DNA of 64,000 nucleotides, taken from NCBI GenBank assembly GCA_024679065.1, contig JAGIQG010000003.1, positions 19,530,001 to 19,594,000 of the forward strand, written 5' to 3'. The position numbers and the translations under genes are program-made. The stretch is from Sphyrna mokarran. Lineage: Eukaryota. Below, one piece after another: positions 24,683 through 36,584 of this stretch; positions within the stretch are counted from its first letter, which is position 1; each line of letters starts with the position of its first letter. Under the pieces are notes generated by a model that was not told the DNA's origin, ran no database searches, and saw only the letters and a program-made list of their open reading frames with translations.

Positions 24683-25109
24683 CACTCAGGAACCAATCTA
24701 CCATTTATAACATTGTTAAAGGGAAAATCAGTTCCAGCTTATGACTTTTTGACTTGTCCTATGTTTGAGGGTTGCTTGTATATAAAAATTATCCATAAAC
24801 TAATTGTGATAATTTTACTTCAGTTTTGGGCGTTGAGCTGGTTGTACTAAATGTGTAATCAGTAAAGCCCAGCCAATGTCTGATTCCCGTATTATATTTG
24901 AACTGCCTTTGTACCTCTATCTACCAGTTAACAAAAGATACTTAAATAGTTGTGAACTTTAGGATTTAACAAATAAATGATTGCAATCATGTTATCATAT
25001 ATATTGTAGTAAAAGAAGTGTTAGTCCTTAATCCATAGTTTGATTTCTCTTTAATGAGAAGTATAATTCCTTCACTCAGATTACATAGAGGGTTGGTAGA
25101 CTCTAGAAT

Positions 25110-25845
25110 ATGTTCAGCACTTCCAATTCCTTGGCAACTACCTCTCTCACAAGGTCACCATTGATGAGAAGATCCAATATCAGATCATGTGTGCCAGCTC
25201 AGCCTTCTACAGCAGCGAGAGTTTGAAAACAAATACCTTTGCAAGTTAACAGAAGTCCTTGTGTATGGAACCATTACCATCACCACACTACTGTACTGCA
25301 GTGAATCTGGACAATGTGTATCTGCAATGCTTGGATCACCAGAGAAATCCCATCATCAATGCCTCTGCCGCATCCTTTGGATTCAATGGGAGAAGAAAAT
25401 ATCTGTGTCCTCCTTAAACCCAAGTATTTAAGCAAAACTCCTGCAAAATCGACTATAATGGACTAGGCGTGTCCAGATGGCTGAAAAATGTCTCTTGTGC
25501 CAGATACTGCTTTCTCAACTAACAAATGACCCATGTTGCAGGGAGTACAAGAAAAATGCTCCTAAGGAATTCTGAAGCTCCCCTTGAAGTGTGGCAGCAT
25601 TGGCATTAAAGACTGGGGGAGAATTTGCCATTGATCTTTGTAAATGCGACAACATGTCCATCGAGCTTCACCAGGCTGAGAGTTCAAAAGCCTTGAGCCT
25701 AGGCAGCAGCAGAGAAAGAAAGATATGGAAGCACATCCTGCACTCCAGATCCCATTACTCACGAGATGCCATGCCCATGGGCCTACAGACCTGCAGGTCA
25801 AGGGTCATTCTGTTCAGTTACCTGAAGACTCATGGCAGACCCTGA
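25110..25845 (+). mobile_element. Decayed RTE-clade LINE 3' fragment
   Basis: Translations TLLYCSES.. and HHQCLCRILWIQW, followed by ..QILLSQL.., are typical of RTE/BovB-like ORF C-termini. Confidence 0.65.
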
Positions 25846-26724
25846 GTCACTCTTGAATCATGGGACAGCTGACAACACTAGTTGTCTCAACACCAGTATT
25901 AATCTGAAATAAAGGTAGAATATACTGGACATAACTCGGGTTCTATTTCCACAGATTACCCTTTCATCAGTATACTGAAACATTGAGAAAATGATACATT
26001 TGTACTGATACAAATTTAAATTATTATAGTTGGAAAAAACTGCATAGTCAAAGCTACATAGTCTCTTGAAAGTATAACTTAAAGAAAAAAGTGCTGAAAT
26101 CTTACTTATGCAGAATGGAAATAAAAAAAACATTGGAACGGATGGCAGTGGATGAACAGAAGTCATCAAGCAGTGGCCCCGCCAAATGTTAACCAGGATA
26201 ACTTCATTCATGCCTTGGGCAGGAAACCCAATCGGAGGGCGGTTTGGGTGAATCTCAATTGCCTTGATGCTATTAATGAATCCTGATTTTTGGCTGACAC
26301 CCCTATCCTGCGAGAATTCCTGCTGGAGAATCTTGCCCAAAAACACTCAGAATCTCTATTCAATGGAACAGGATAATATGATCCAGGTATGCAAACTAAG
26401 ACTGAGCAATTGGAACCATTCCATTTTGATTTGGAATAGTCGGAAAAGAGACCATGATTTAAGATGATGAATGTATTTCAGGAAGGCGCAATAAAGGGTT
26501 GGTTAGTTTTTTAAAATAGTTCAGCAAGGGAGATTGTGGAGATAAGTTATTTGAATCGCTTCAAAGCATCATTAAGAAAAAGAGAAAGCAAAAATTGATT
26601 ACAAAGTGTTAGGATAAAAAAGACTAAATGAAAATGCGGACTTTTCTATCACTGGTTTCATGTGTTTCTTTAAACTAGACATTCCCATTTTATTCTAATA
26701 ATGACTAGTCAATGTAAATCTTAA

Positions 26725-26997
26725 GTGGTTAGCAGCACCAGGGACTTGGTTCGATTCCTGGCTTGGTTCACTATATGTCTGGAGTTTGTACATTCTCTCC
26801 ATGTCTGCATGGATTTCCTCTGGGCACTCCAGGTTTCCTCCCATAATCCAAAGATGTGTTAGTGCATTAACTATGTTAAATTTTCCCTCGTTTACCCGAA
26901 CAGAAGCGGAGCGAGGCGACTTAGGGGTTTTTTTTTACAGTAACTTCACTGCAGTGTTAATGTAAACCTACTTGTGACTAATAAATAAACTTTAACT
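26725..26997 (+). mobile_element. V-SINE (TAATAAA-type tail)
   Basis: B-box GGTTCGATTCC, V-core and tail CAGTAACTTCACTGCAGTGTTAATGTAAACCTACTTGTGACTAATAAATAAACTTT. Confidence 0.85.
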
Positions 26998-27334
26998 TCT
27001 GACTAAAACAAAACCTGTTACCTTTTAAGGATTGTGTTGTAACTGAGGAATTTGTAGGTTTGAGCTGTGTTGGAACTGCTCGGACTGGAACCCTTGCTGT
27101 GTTGCTGACAGGGACAAAGTATTTGATACAAAAGATGTTGGACAGAATTCTCGCATCCCACTTGTTGTAGGTTTGGCAGTAAGTGGGAAGAGAGAATCTG
27201 ACAGAAGCCAAAAATTTGAAAAACCACTGGTGGAGAATCAAACTGCAATTCTCCCAATGGTGAGTTAACGATGAGTTTCACTCCCCGCCAGTTAGTGGCA
27301 TGACCTCCCTAATTTGAGTAGCACAGTTGTTAAT

Positions 27335-27650
27335 GCTGCCGCCACACAGTAGTTAGCACTGCTGTCTCAGTATCAGGGATCCGGCTTTGATTCCCTGCTT
27401 GGGTGACTGTGCAAACTCCACATAGACATTCTCCCTGTGTCTGCATGGGTTTCCTCTGAGTGCTCCGGTTTCCCCTCTTCAGTCCAAAGATGTGCAGATT
27501 AGGTGGATTGGCCATGCTAAATTGACCCTTAATGTCAGAGGGACTGGTAGGGTGAATGCATGGGGATTTGAGATAGGACCTGGGTGGGATTGTGGTAGGT
27601 GCAGACTCGATAGGTCGAAAGACCTCTTTCTATACTGAGGGATTCTATGA
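27335..27650 (+). mobile_element. V-SINE (HE1-like) with an internal micro-inversion
   Basis: Head, V-core and GATTCTATGA tail. Segment 27408-27428 is inverted relative to the other copies. Confidence 0.85.
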
Positions 27651-28596
27651 TAACAACATTTGCATTTATTTGTATCTCATGAATGCTCATTAAAACAGCT
27701 CCTTGTGGTCACACCAGCATCCCATCATGCCTTTCAATCTTGCATCACATCAATGTGAAATTATCTGCACCTAAAAGCCAATTGCTAAAGAGTGGCATAT
27801 GCAAGGTGGTGCTTAGTTTGCAAGTAACTTCAAGGTAAATGGAAAAAAAGCTTTTCTGCCAGACTATTGAGCTGCTCTTGATGCGCTGTTCACCACTCTG
27901 TCAGAGAAGATCAGCTCTTGCCTTCCATCAAGCTGGTCTTCCTGGGCAGCACTGTGCTGCTGGACCCACCTGTGTCACTCAGTACTACACCTGAGATTGG
28001 GCAGTACAGGGGTTCCACCCCCCGCCCTCCCTAGTACGACACAGCAGTGTCTATCTCGACAGCACGATGCCGTGGGACTTAGTCAGCCACCAACAAAGGT
28101 TCAGACTTTGACTGGGGGTGGAATGCAAGATGAGGGATGGGTCAGGGTGGTTTGATTGAGATAAAGGAGGCAAGGTGGAAGGAGAGTTGTGCAAAGTGGT
28201 GCAAGGGCTCATAATGGCAAGCAAAGGGGCAAGGAGGTGGATGAAGACTGAGGGGAGGGAAACTAGAGTCTGACAGATCTTCATGGAAACTTCACAAACA
28301 AGGGAGTCAAAGGGATATTGTTTATAGGATGGGAAAAATTTCAGATGCAGTGGATAGCTGCCCAAATGGGGCTTGGGTTCCTCACTGGGCTCTAGGAAAG
28401 GTGGTCAAATTGAGGAACAGACTTCTTCTCAAAGCCAGTAGCCTTCTCCCTCTGGGTTGCTGACCCCCTGTATGATTTGGTAAAGACACATGGGCAGGAA
28501 AGAGTGAAATGAATGTGCTGGGCAGATGCTTCAATATCATGCCAGGATCTCCAAACTTGCCAGCTGATAGCAGGTGGACTGATCAACTGCCCTTTT

Positions 28597-28778
28597 TATC
28601 TTTATTTCAATTCAATCAAATCAAATCCAATTCAGAATCTCAACAAGTTGAGACATTCCCTATCCAGGGCTTTCACCTCCTGTCTTGGGCTTGATCTACA
28701 TGGTCCAAGCTGATTGGAGTCGGCATAGTTCCTCCTCTAAGGCTTGATCTCATCTACATCTTAGCCAAAAGGCCGAGA
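28597..28778 (-). mobile_element. U2 snRNA-headed short retroposed element
   Basis: Minus strand starts TCTCGGCCTTTTGGCTAAGAT (21 nt matching the U2 snRNA 5' region as recalled) and ends AAATAAAGATAAAAA. Imperfect TSD TGCC(A)CTTTT. Confidence 0.6.
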
Positions 28779-29425
28779 TGCCACTTTTAAAAATTGCTTC
28801 AAATGAAGCTAAAATGTCACCTAATGACTTCAACCAAGCACAGCGTGTCGATCTGCCAGGAGATCCAGAGGGGAACTTACCTCTGTGCATAATTAATGAG
28901 GTTCCAAGTGCAGAATCTGGTGCAGGATCCCGCCATTCTGACCAGGTGGGAAAGCAGAGCTATGCGCCACTGCACTTAGTCTCAAATGGAAAATATAGCC
29001 CCTTGTTCATTGCAGCAGATTTCCCCAAAGGTTGTAAGAGAAAATAAATTCACCTTGCCTTCAGCTGAGGTGGGGAGAGGCCATTTTAAGAACTTCTAAA
29101 TGCATCATGTTTACAAATAAGTTGTTGCTCAAATCTTTAAGAGTAGTTTATTCATTTTCTTGCGTGGAAAATACAAATACAGTAACTCTGATGCATTGTC
29201 CTAGCACCATCTTGTGGGGAAAAAACATTCAATGGTGTAATATTGCATCTTGTTTGCTGCCAAACAAGAATATTTTAATATGTATATGTACATATGGTGC
29301 AGATTTACAAAATTCAGATTAGCTTTTACCTTTCTCAAGAAAACTGATGCCAAGGTTTATCAAATAAATTAGTCATCGTGTGAATTTGCTTCAATTAGTT
29401 TTCCCTGATGCTAGAATTATATCAT

Positions 29426-30248
29426 GGGCAGAATTTTCCCAAAAAATTACCAAGTGTCATTTTTGGGCAAGAAAACCATGGTGATTAAATTTTCTCACAC
29501 TTTGTCATTTTATGTGAGAGTGGTGAGTTTGTACCAGTTCTGAGAGGGGCACAGTTTCAGCAAGCCAGTAAGCCCGGCTTCACAGAGATCCATCCGGTGA
29601 CCTCAAGTTGAAATGAAGGACCCTGTCCCACCCCACCCATGGACATCAGGGAACATGTTCTTCCCTGTACTCATTGAAGGGATGTTTAGCCACCCCCTTT
29701 TCCCAACAAAGGTCACCGGCATCAGGGAATTGGGTCCCCTCATGACCCTCTTCATGACACCCCTCGCCCCTTCATGATCCCTTTCATGGCGTCCCTTGCT
29801 CCTTCATGACTGCCCTTCTTCATAAGCTCCATCAGGTCCCCTCAAGTCCTGCTCCTTTGATATTGCCCCCAGCAACCTGGCAGTGTCCAACGAGACGGGC
29901 AATACCAAGCCAGGTTCCCAACCACCTGGGACTTCAATGGCCTGCAAGACCACCACCTCCTCCACCACCACCACCACCCAATGCAGCCAACAATCCTGGT
30001 CTTCATTTATGATGCCCAAGGATTGAAAAATCCTGAGAGCAGGGAAGATCTGGCCTCGGTCGGACTCTGTATATTTAAATGCTCATTCAAGTATGCTAAT
30101 CTTGTTCCTGCCCAGTAGATACTGGCCTGCTGGGTGGGGAGATAGTGGCGAGGTTTGAATGTGCTAAACCACATCCGCAATTTTCCAGTCCCACTCCACT
30201 CTGACACGTTCTGTGCCGGGTGCAATGCATCCAGAAAGTCACAGCCCA
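29426..30248. mobile_element. Non-autonomous TIR element (probably Harbinger-type)
   Basis: Termini GGGCAGAATTTTC... and ...GAAAGTCACAGCCC. The left end is shared with 58905ff and with the reverse complement of 53150-53184. Confidence 0.55.
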
Positions 30249-31711
30249 TTGTTTGACTTGAAGCCAGTTTTAAAGAATGATTCAGGTTGAGAATCTCTGA
30301 AGGAAATATTTTTTTCTGGAAACCAGGCAGAGCTTTTTCTGGTAAGACAACTTAATGCTTGAACATGAGTTTCTACTTTGTATCTGACCAGTGGAATTTG
30401 GAATTATTGTGACAAAATATAGTTGGGTTTTACAAAATGGTGCACCCAATGGGTCTGCATTTGATGGGGATGAATGGTACCATCCATTAATGGGTGGAAA
30501 ATTTAAATGTGTTGGCCAGCAATATTCCCTCCATTTCCTTTTCTATGCATGGTCGAAATATTACAGCACTTGTTTTTTTTTATGGCAATGCACGTTTAGT
30601 ATCTTGGATGAAATGATTTTCAAGTAGCCTGCATGGTAATGTCCAGATAGCTGTGTGCATGCAACATAGCAAAGAATTCATCCTAAGTCAACTTGCTTTC
30701 TGGAAACCAGATACTGAAGAGTATTGGCAGAAGGCTTTATGAACAGTTTGTGTACCTGACAGCAGATGGAATTTGGGAATAGAAAATGCCTGATTCAAAA
30801 ACAAACACTCTGAGGGGAAGGCTGACATATATTAAACTGCATACGCTGTGACATCCTGAATGGTGCATATGCGAGGATTGGGATGGCGAAAAAAAATTTC
30901 GACTCTGAGGCCATCAAAGTAAAGGTGAAATAAAGGTTAGTGTGTGTGAGGGAGCTGTTCACTTCTCATTAGTAGGAAGCAGCTTTAATGAGGTAGCTAT
31001 ACAATGTGTAGTTGTGAAACACTTTCTATTTATATTAGACACTTTCTAGCCAATTCATTTCATGTAATTGAAAAAAGAGCAACTTGGCTTGGAAGCACAT
31101 TTGTTTTAGGAACTGACGTGTAAAGTGTGTTTAAACAAGAAGGATCGATTTGAATTAGAACTGAAGAGTATTTGCCCAAAATCCTACAGCGTGCTTTATC
31201 CAAGGCTGCTAATTTTTATAGAAGAAAAAAAATGAAAGAATCATAGAATGCGATCCACAAAATGCTGGAAACGCCTAATGAAAACTGATATTGAATTATT
31301 CATCACAATGGAGCAGTGGCTCTGGTCGTAACTCTGGATCAGGAAGTTGGGAAATGAGAATGATGCTATTGGCTGAATTGAAATTGAACTTAACTAGATA
31401 GAACATGTATGGCCATCAATACAAGAGATTTTGGAAAAAGAACAGGATTCCATTGTGTAAGAGGTGAGCTATTCAGACAGTGACGTGGGCTGGAATGTCT
31501 ATTCATATTTTTTAAATATCAGACAAATAGCTTGACACATCCTTGTCACTATTATCTAAACTCTTAATCATAGCCTCATTCATAGCGATGAGGCATCGGG
31601 AAAACAGATTTTAAAGAAGCTGAATAGTTGCATCAGAGAAATGAATGAGACAGGATTTGATTTGAAGTTCAAATATGCAGGAAAAATGAACAACAATTGT
31701 CTCTTAAATCC

Positions 31712-31962
31712 GGGCTAGGTCACTGTCTGTGTGGAGTCTGCACATTCTCCCTGTCTGCTTAGGTTTCCTCCTACAGTCTGAAAGATGTGTGGGTTTTGTG
31801 CACTGCCCATGCTCAATTGCCCCTTAGTGTCCTGGGATGTACAGGTTAGAGGGCTTTCCAGGGTAAATATGTGGGAATAGGGCCTGGGTGGGATCGTAAT
31901 TGGTGCAGATTTGTCAGGGTGAATGGCTTCCATCTGTACAGTAGGGTGTCTATGATTCTATG
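31712..31962 (+). mobile_element. V-SINE (HE1-like)
   Basis: GGTCACTGTCTGTGTGGAGTCTGCACATTCTCC core and TCTATGATTCTATG tail. Confidence 0.85.
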
Positions 31963-32089
31963 AAATATTTTTTCTTTTCTATTGTCCACCTTTTTCCCTT
32001 CCGTTCTAGCACACAACACCTTGCCAAGGAGAAGTCACTTTCTCTAATGCAAGTCTATCTTCGTTTGTTTTGCAATAGCTCAACAAATT

Positions 32090-33950
32090 CAGTATTAATG
32101 CAGTCACACTCCAGGAACAATACCAGGCATGTATGAGGTGTGTCAACCTAATGAAGCTACAACAAGGGACTACTTGCATGCCAAACAGTGGAAGCAGCAT
32201 GTGATAGGCAGAACTAAATGATCTCACAGCCAACGCTTCAGATCTGAACTCTACAGTCCTGCCACATCCAGTCATGAATGGTAACAGACAATTAAACAGC
32301 TTACTGGAGAAGGAGGCTCCGCAAATATCCTCATCCTCAAAAACAGAGGAGCCGAACATATCCGTGTTAAAGACAAGACTGAAACATTTGCAACAATCTT
32401 AAGCCAGAATGCCAACTGGATAATCCATCTCCTCCTGAGGTCCCTAGCATCACAGATGCTAGTCTTTGCCAATTTGATTCACTTTACGTGATATCAAGAA
32501 ACAGTTGTTGGACACCGCAAAGCCTATGGGCCCCGACACATTCTGGCATTAATACTCAAGATATGTGCTCCAGAACTTGCCCACACCCAAGACAAGCCAT
32601 TCCAGTACAGTTACAACACTGGCATCTACTTAACAGTGTGGAAAATGCCCATGTCCATAAAAAGCAGGACAAAATCAACCTGGCCAATTAATGCCCCACC
32701 AGTCTATTCTCGATCATCAACAAAGTGCTGAAGGTGTCATCAAGCAATACTTACACAGCACTAACCTGCTCATCGACACTCAGTCTGAGTTCTGCCAGGG
32801 CCACTCCATTCCGGGCCTCATTAAAGCCCAAGTCCAAACATGGACAAAAGAGCTGAGGTGAGAGTGACTGCCCTTGACATTAAGGCCGCATTTGATCAAG
32901 CTTGGCATCAAGGAACCCTAGCAAAACTGAAGTCATTGAGAATTGGTTGGTTGGAGTCGTACCGACACAAAGGAAGATAGTTGTAGTTATTACAGGTCAA
33001 TTATCTCAATCCCAGAATGTCACTGCATGAGTTATTCAGGTCATTATTCTCAGCCCAATCATCATCAGCTGCTTCGTCAAAGATTTTCCCTCCATCCTAA
33101 GGTCAGAAGTGGAATATTTGCAGATGATTGCACAATATTTGATACTGTTTGACCTCGCCAGATACTGAAGCAACTTGTCTCCATATGCAGCAAGATCTAG
33201 ACAATATTCAGGCTCGGGCAGATAAGTGGCAAATAATATTCATACCAGGCAATTACCATCTCAATAAGACAGCATCTAACCATCTCGCATTGATATTCAA
33301 TAGCATTATTATCACTGAATTGTTACACTATCAACATCCTGGGGACTACCAGTGACCAGAAATAGAAATGGACCTGTTACTGTGGCTGTAAGGGCATCTC
33401 AGAGGCTTTGAATCCTGAGCAGAATAACTTGCCTCCTGATTTCCCAAAACCTTTGCACCATCTACAAGGCATATGTCAAAAGTGTGATGGAATACTCCAC
33501 TTGCCTGGATGAGTACAAGTCCAACAACACTTGAAGCCTGACATCATCCAGAATAAAGCAACCGCTTGATTGGCACACCACTGCCTGCACCATTGACTCA
33601 TAGCAGTGTATCCTATCTGCAGGATGCTCTGCAGCAATTCACCAAGGCTGCTTTTTGAGAGCACCTTCCAAACCCGCAATCTGTACCACTTAGAAAGACA
33701 AGGACAGCAGATGCAAGGGAACAGTGCCAGCTAGACATTCCCCTCCAAGCCACTCACCATCCTGACTTGGAAATGTATCACTGTTCCTTGACTTTTGCAA
33801 GGTCACTTCCTAACATCACTGTGGATGTACTTGCACCAGCTGGACTGCAGTGGGTCAATAGATGATTCAATATTCCTTTTTCAAAGGCAATCCAAGAAGA
33901 AGAACAAATGCTGGCCTAGCCAGTAACATCCACATTCTGCGAAAGAATAA
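32090..33950 (+). mobile_element. Decayed CR1-like LINE (older family), RT plus 3' end
   Basis: Broken frames give LDIKAAFD, IFADDCTIF and MQQDLDNIQARADKWQ. The 3' end is shared with 12665-12860. Confidence 0.8.
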
Positions 33951-34049
33951 AACGCTCAAATGCCAATGTAGAAAATGAGATTTTGGCTGCTGCACCAAGG
34001 TAACTTTTAAAAGGTTGAGTGAAATCACATAATTGATATTGTATTGATG

Positions 34050-35670
34050 CCAAATTTGCTGAATGTACTAAAATAAATAGAAAAGCAAGCTGAGAGGAGG
34101 ATACAAAGTGTTTGCAAAAGGATATAGGTAAGTTAAGTAGGCAAAAGGGATATCATGCACTGGAAGCCATTCAGAGAAGGTTCACTAAGTTGATTCCTGG
34201 AGCGAAGAGTTTATTTTGTGAAAAATGTTTGGGCCTGTGCTCATTGGAGTTCTGAAGAATGAGGGTTATTTTAAAATTCCCAGAGATTTTGATAAGGTGG
34301 ACACTGAGATGGAGTATAGAGATGCAGAGAGACTTGGGGGTGCAAGTTCACAAGTCTCTGAAGGTGTCAGTACAGGTGGAGAATGTGGTTTAAAAAAAAG
34401 CGTATGGTATGTTAGCCTTCATAGGAAGGGGTATAGAATACAAGAGTAGGAGTCTGATGTTGCAGGTGTATAGAACGTTGGTTAGGCCTCATCTGGAGTA
34501 CTGCGTCCAGTTCTGGTCGCCGTACTACAGGAAGGATGTAGAGGCCCTGGAGAGAGTGCAGAGGAGATTTACCAGGATGCTGCCTGGTATGGAAGGGCTG
34601 TCTTACGAGGAAAGATTGAAAACACTGGGGTTGTTTTCCCTTGAAAGACGTCGGCTGAGAGGGGATCTTTTAGAGATATATAAGATTATGAGGGGTATAG
34701 ATAGAGTAAATGGTGGTAAGCTTTTTCCACCATTAGAAATGGATAGAACGAGGGGTCACGGGCTCAGGGTGAGGGGGGCTATGTATAAGATGAATATTAA
34801 AGGCCAGTTTTTCACACAAAGGGTAGTGGGGTGTGGAATGCACTGCCAAGTAAGGTGGTGGGAGCAGGCACACTAGGGTTGTTTAAGGGTCTCTTGGACA
34901 GCCACATGAGCGGTCTGCAGATAGAGGGATATAGCAGGACTATTTGAATATCGGGAGGACCAAATAGTAGTAGACTATCTTTTAGTTTCGTCTCGGGAAT
35001 GTCTTAGTTTTTTTAGCATGTTTAATTAAGTCTTATTTGTTTCCACAGGCAATTCGGTCCACCTTGTTGACCAACAAGGGGCATGCATGCGGCACGTCGT
35101 GCGAGAGCTGCTCTTGGAGGTTGCTTCAGGAGTTGCCTCGGGCTTCACGTCGTCAGTGTATGCTTAAACTGGACCATCTGATGGGCAACATGACAGCTCA
35201 GAGACTATCGCTGTTGCTGTGCTGACACATGGATTTGGGCCTGTGTCTGCGGGAGTTTGCGCGTTCTCCCCGTGGTTGCGTAGGTTTCCTCCGGGTGCTC
35301 CGGTTTCCTCCCACATCCCAAAAATGTGCTCTTAGGCTGATTGGGTAACAAATTGTCCCCATATTGGTCCCTATATGGTAATCTTCAACAATAGGCATAG
35401 CCTAAAGTCAAGGATATGTCATTAAGACGTTAGGACGGCGGCGTGGGCTCATTGGGCCGAAGGGCCTGTTTCCTGTGCTGTGTTGCTCTTTGTTCTTTGT
35501 TCTTTGTTTTCCCTTTATCCGTAAATGCAAGAATAGGAAGTTCAATTTAAGGCAGAATTTCTTCTTTTCCACTCAGAACAATGAAGGCTGATTTCAACCA
35601 TGATACTATTGAATGCAGAGAAAGTTCAAGGAGCCAAATGGCCTACTCCTCCTAGTATGTATGTTCATAG
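34050..35670 (+). mobile_element. Old CR1 fragment (34050-34310 and 35507-35670) interrupted by a younger CR1 3' fragment (34311-34935) and a V-SINE
   Basis: ORF 34409-34876 (RPHLEYCVQFWSPYYRKD..FSLERRRLRGD) is a CR1 ORF2 C-terminus. The outer pieces join as GATAAGGTGGACACTGAGAT|GTTTTCCC. Confidence 0.8.
35192..35506 (+). mobile_element. V-SINE variant (GACAGCTCAG head, CTTTGTT-repeat tail)
   Basis: V-core present. Same head and tail type as the reverse-strand copy at 53577-53885. Confidence 0.8.
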
Positions 35671-35689
35671 TCTGGATCATTGAAATATA

Positions 35690-35861
35690 CAGATGCCGGC
35701 GTTGGATTGGGGTGGTAAGAACTCAGTAAGAATTTAGTAACACTGAGAGAACAGAGACACTGCATTTGCCTGAGGAAGACACAGAGTGTTGAAAGCTTGC
35801 TTTTTTACTATCAAATAAATCGGTTGGATTATAAATTGGTGTTGCTAAATTCTTACTGAGT
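35690..35861. mobile_element. Mini Penelope pLTR insert with hammerhead core
   Basis: CTGAGGA-A-GACAC(AGA)GTGTT-GAAA-GCTT at about 35770-35798, inverted CAGTAAGAATTTAG ends and TSD TCATTGAAATATA (35677-35689, 35862-35874). Confidence 0.7.
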
Positions 35862-36584
35862 TCATTGAAATATATTCAGGCTTAAATTGGATAGGTTTTT
35901 GACCTACAAAGGAGTAGAGAGTTATCAGGGGCAGGCATTGAAGTGGTGTTAAAGCCACAATCAGATCAGCCGTGAATGGGTCAAACAGCCTACTCCTCTT
36001 AATTCTTATGATATTATACTGTAAGGTTGGAGCAGCATTTGGCTCAGTACTGCCATCATCAGTAAAATGTTAGAATGACACTTACAATTATCGGAAACTT
36101 TGAGAAATATTTATTTTTAAGGCTGATGTTAATCTGCGCTTTCAAATTAAGTCAAGCAATTGGCGTTCAAAATGATAATGCTTGGCATGCACTCTGAGAA
36201 CCTGACCTCAACATTGTTCCAAAGTGAGGCATTTCCAGTAGGGACAGCCTTCTCAAAAATGGGCACCAAGTTTATATTGTAAAACTTTCTATATTTCCTT
36301 TTTGTTTTGAGCTCCTTGTTGCCTTGTTCAAGTTAAACATGCTGCCTCTTCTTCGGAGACGTGTTAGGATATTCATACTTTGGGTGGGATTTTCCATGCA
36401 CGCCGCTGCCTGTTTCATGGTGGCAGAGGTTGACAGGATCTTCTAGTCCTGCCGTTGTCAGTGAAATTTCCCATTGCACTGTCAGCAGGACCGAAAGATC
36501 CCGCCAGCATGAACAGCCGGAACATTCTGTCGATTTATGTTCAATCTCCTCTTGGCCTAAGCTGTCGAAAGTGACTGAGCATCC

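Noticed and set aside
28758-28781. Functional U2 snRNA gene
   Set aside because: Only about 21 nt match. There is no complete branch-point pairing region, Sm site or 3' stem-loops.
30300-31700. Possible decayed coding sequence or element
   Set aside because: No sustained ORF or recognisable motif, so it was left unassigned.
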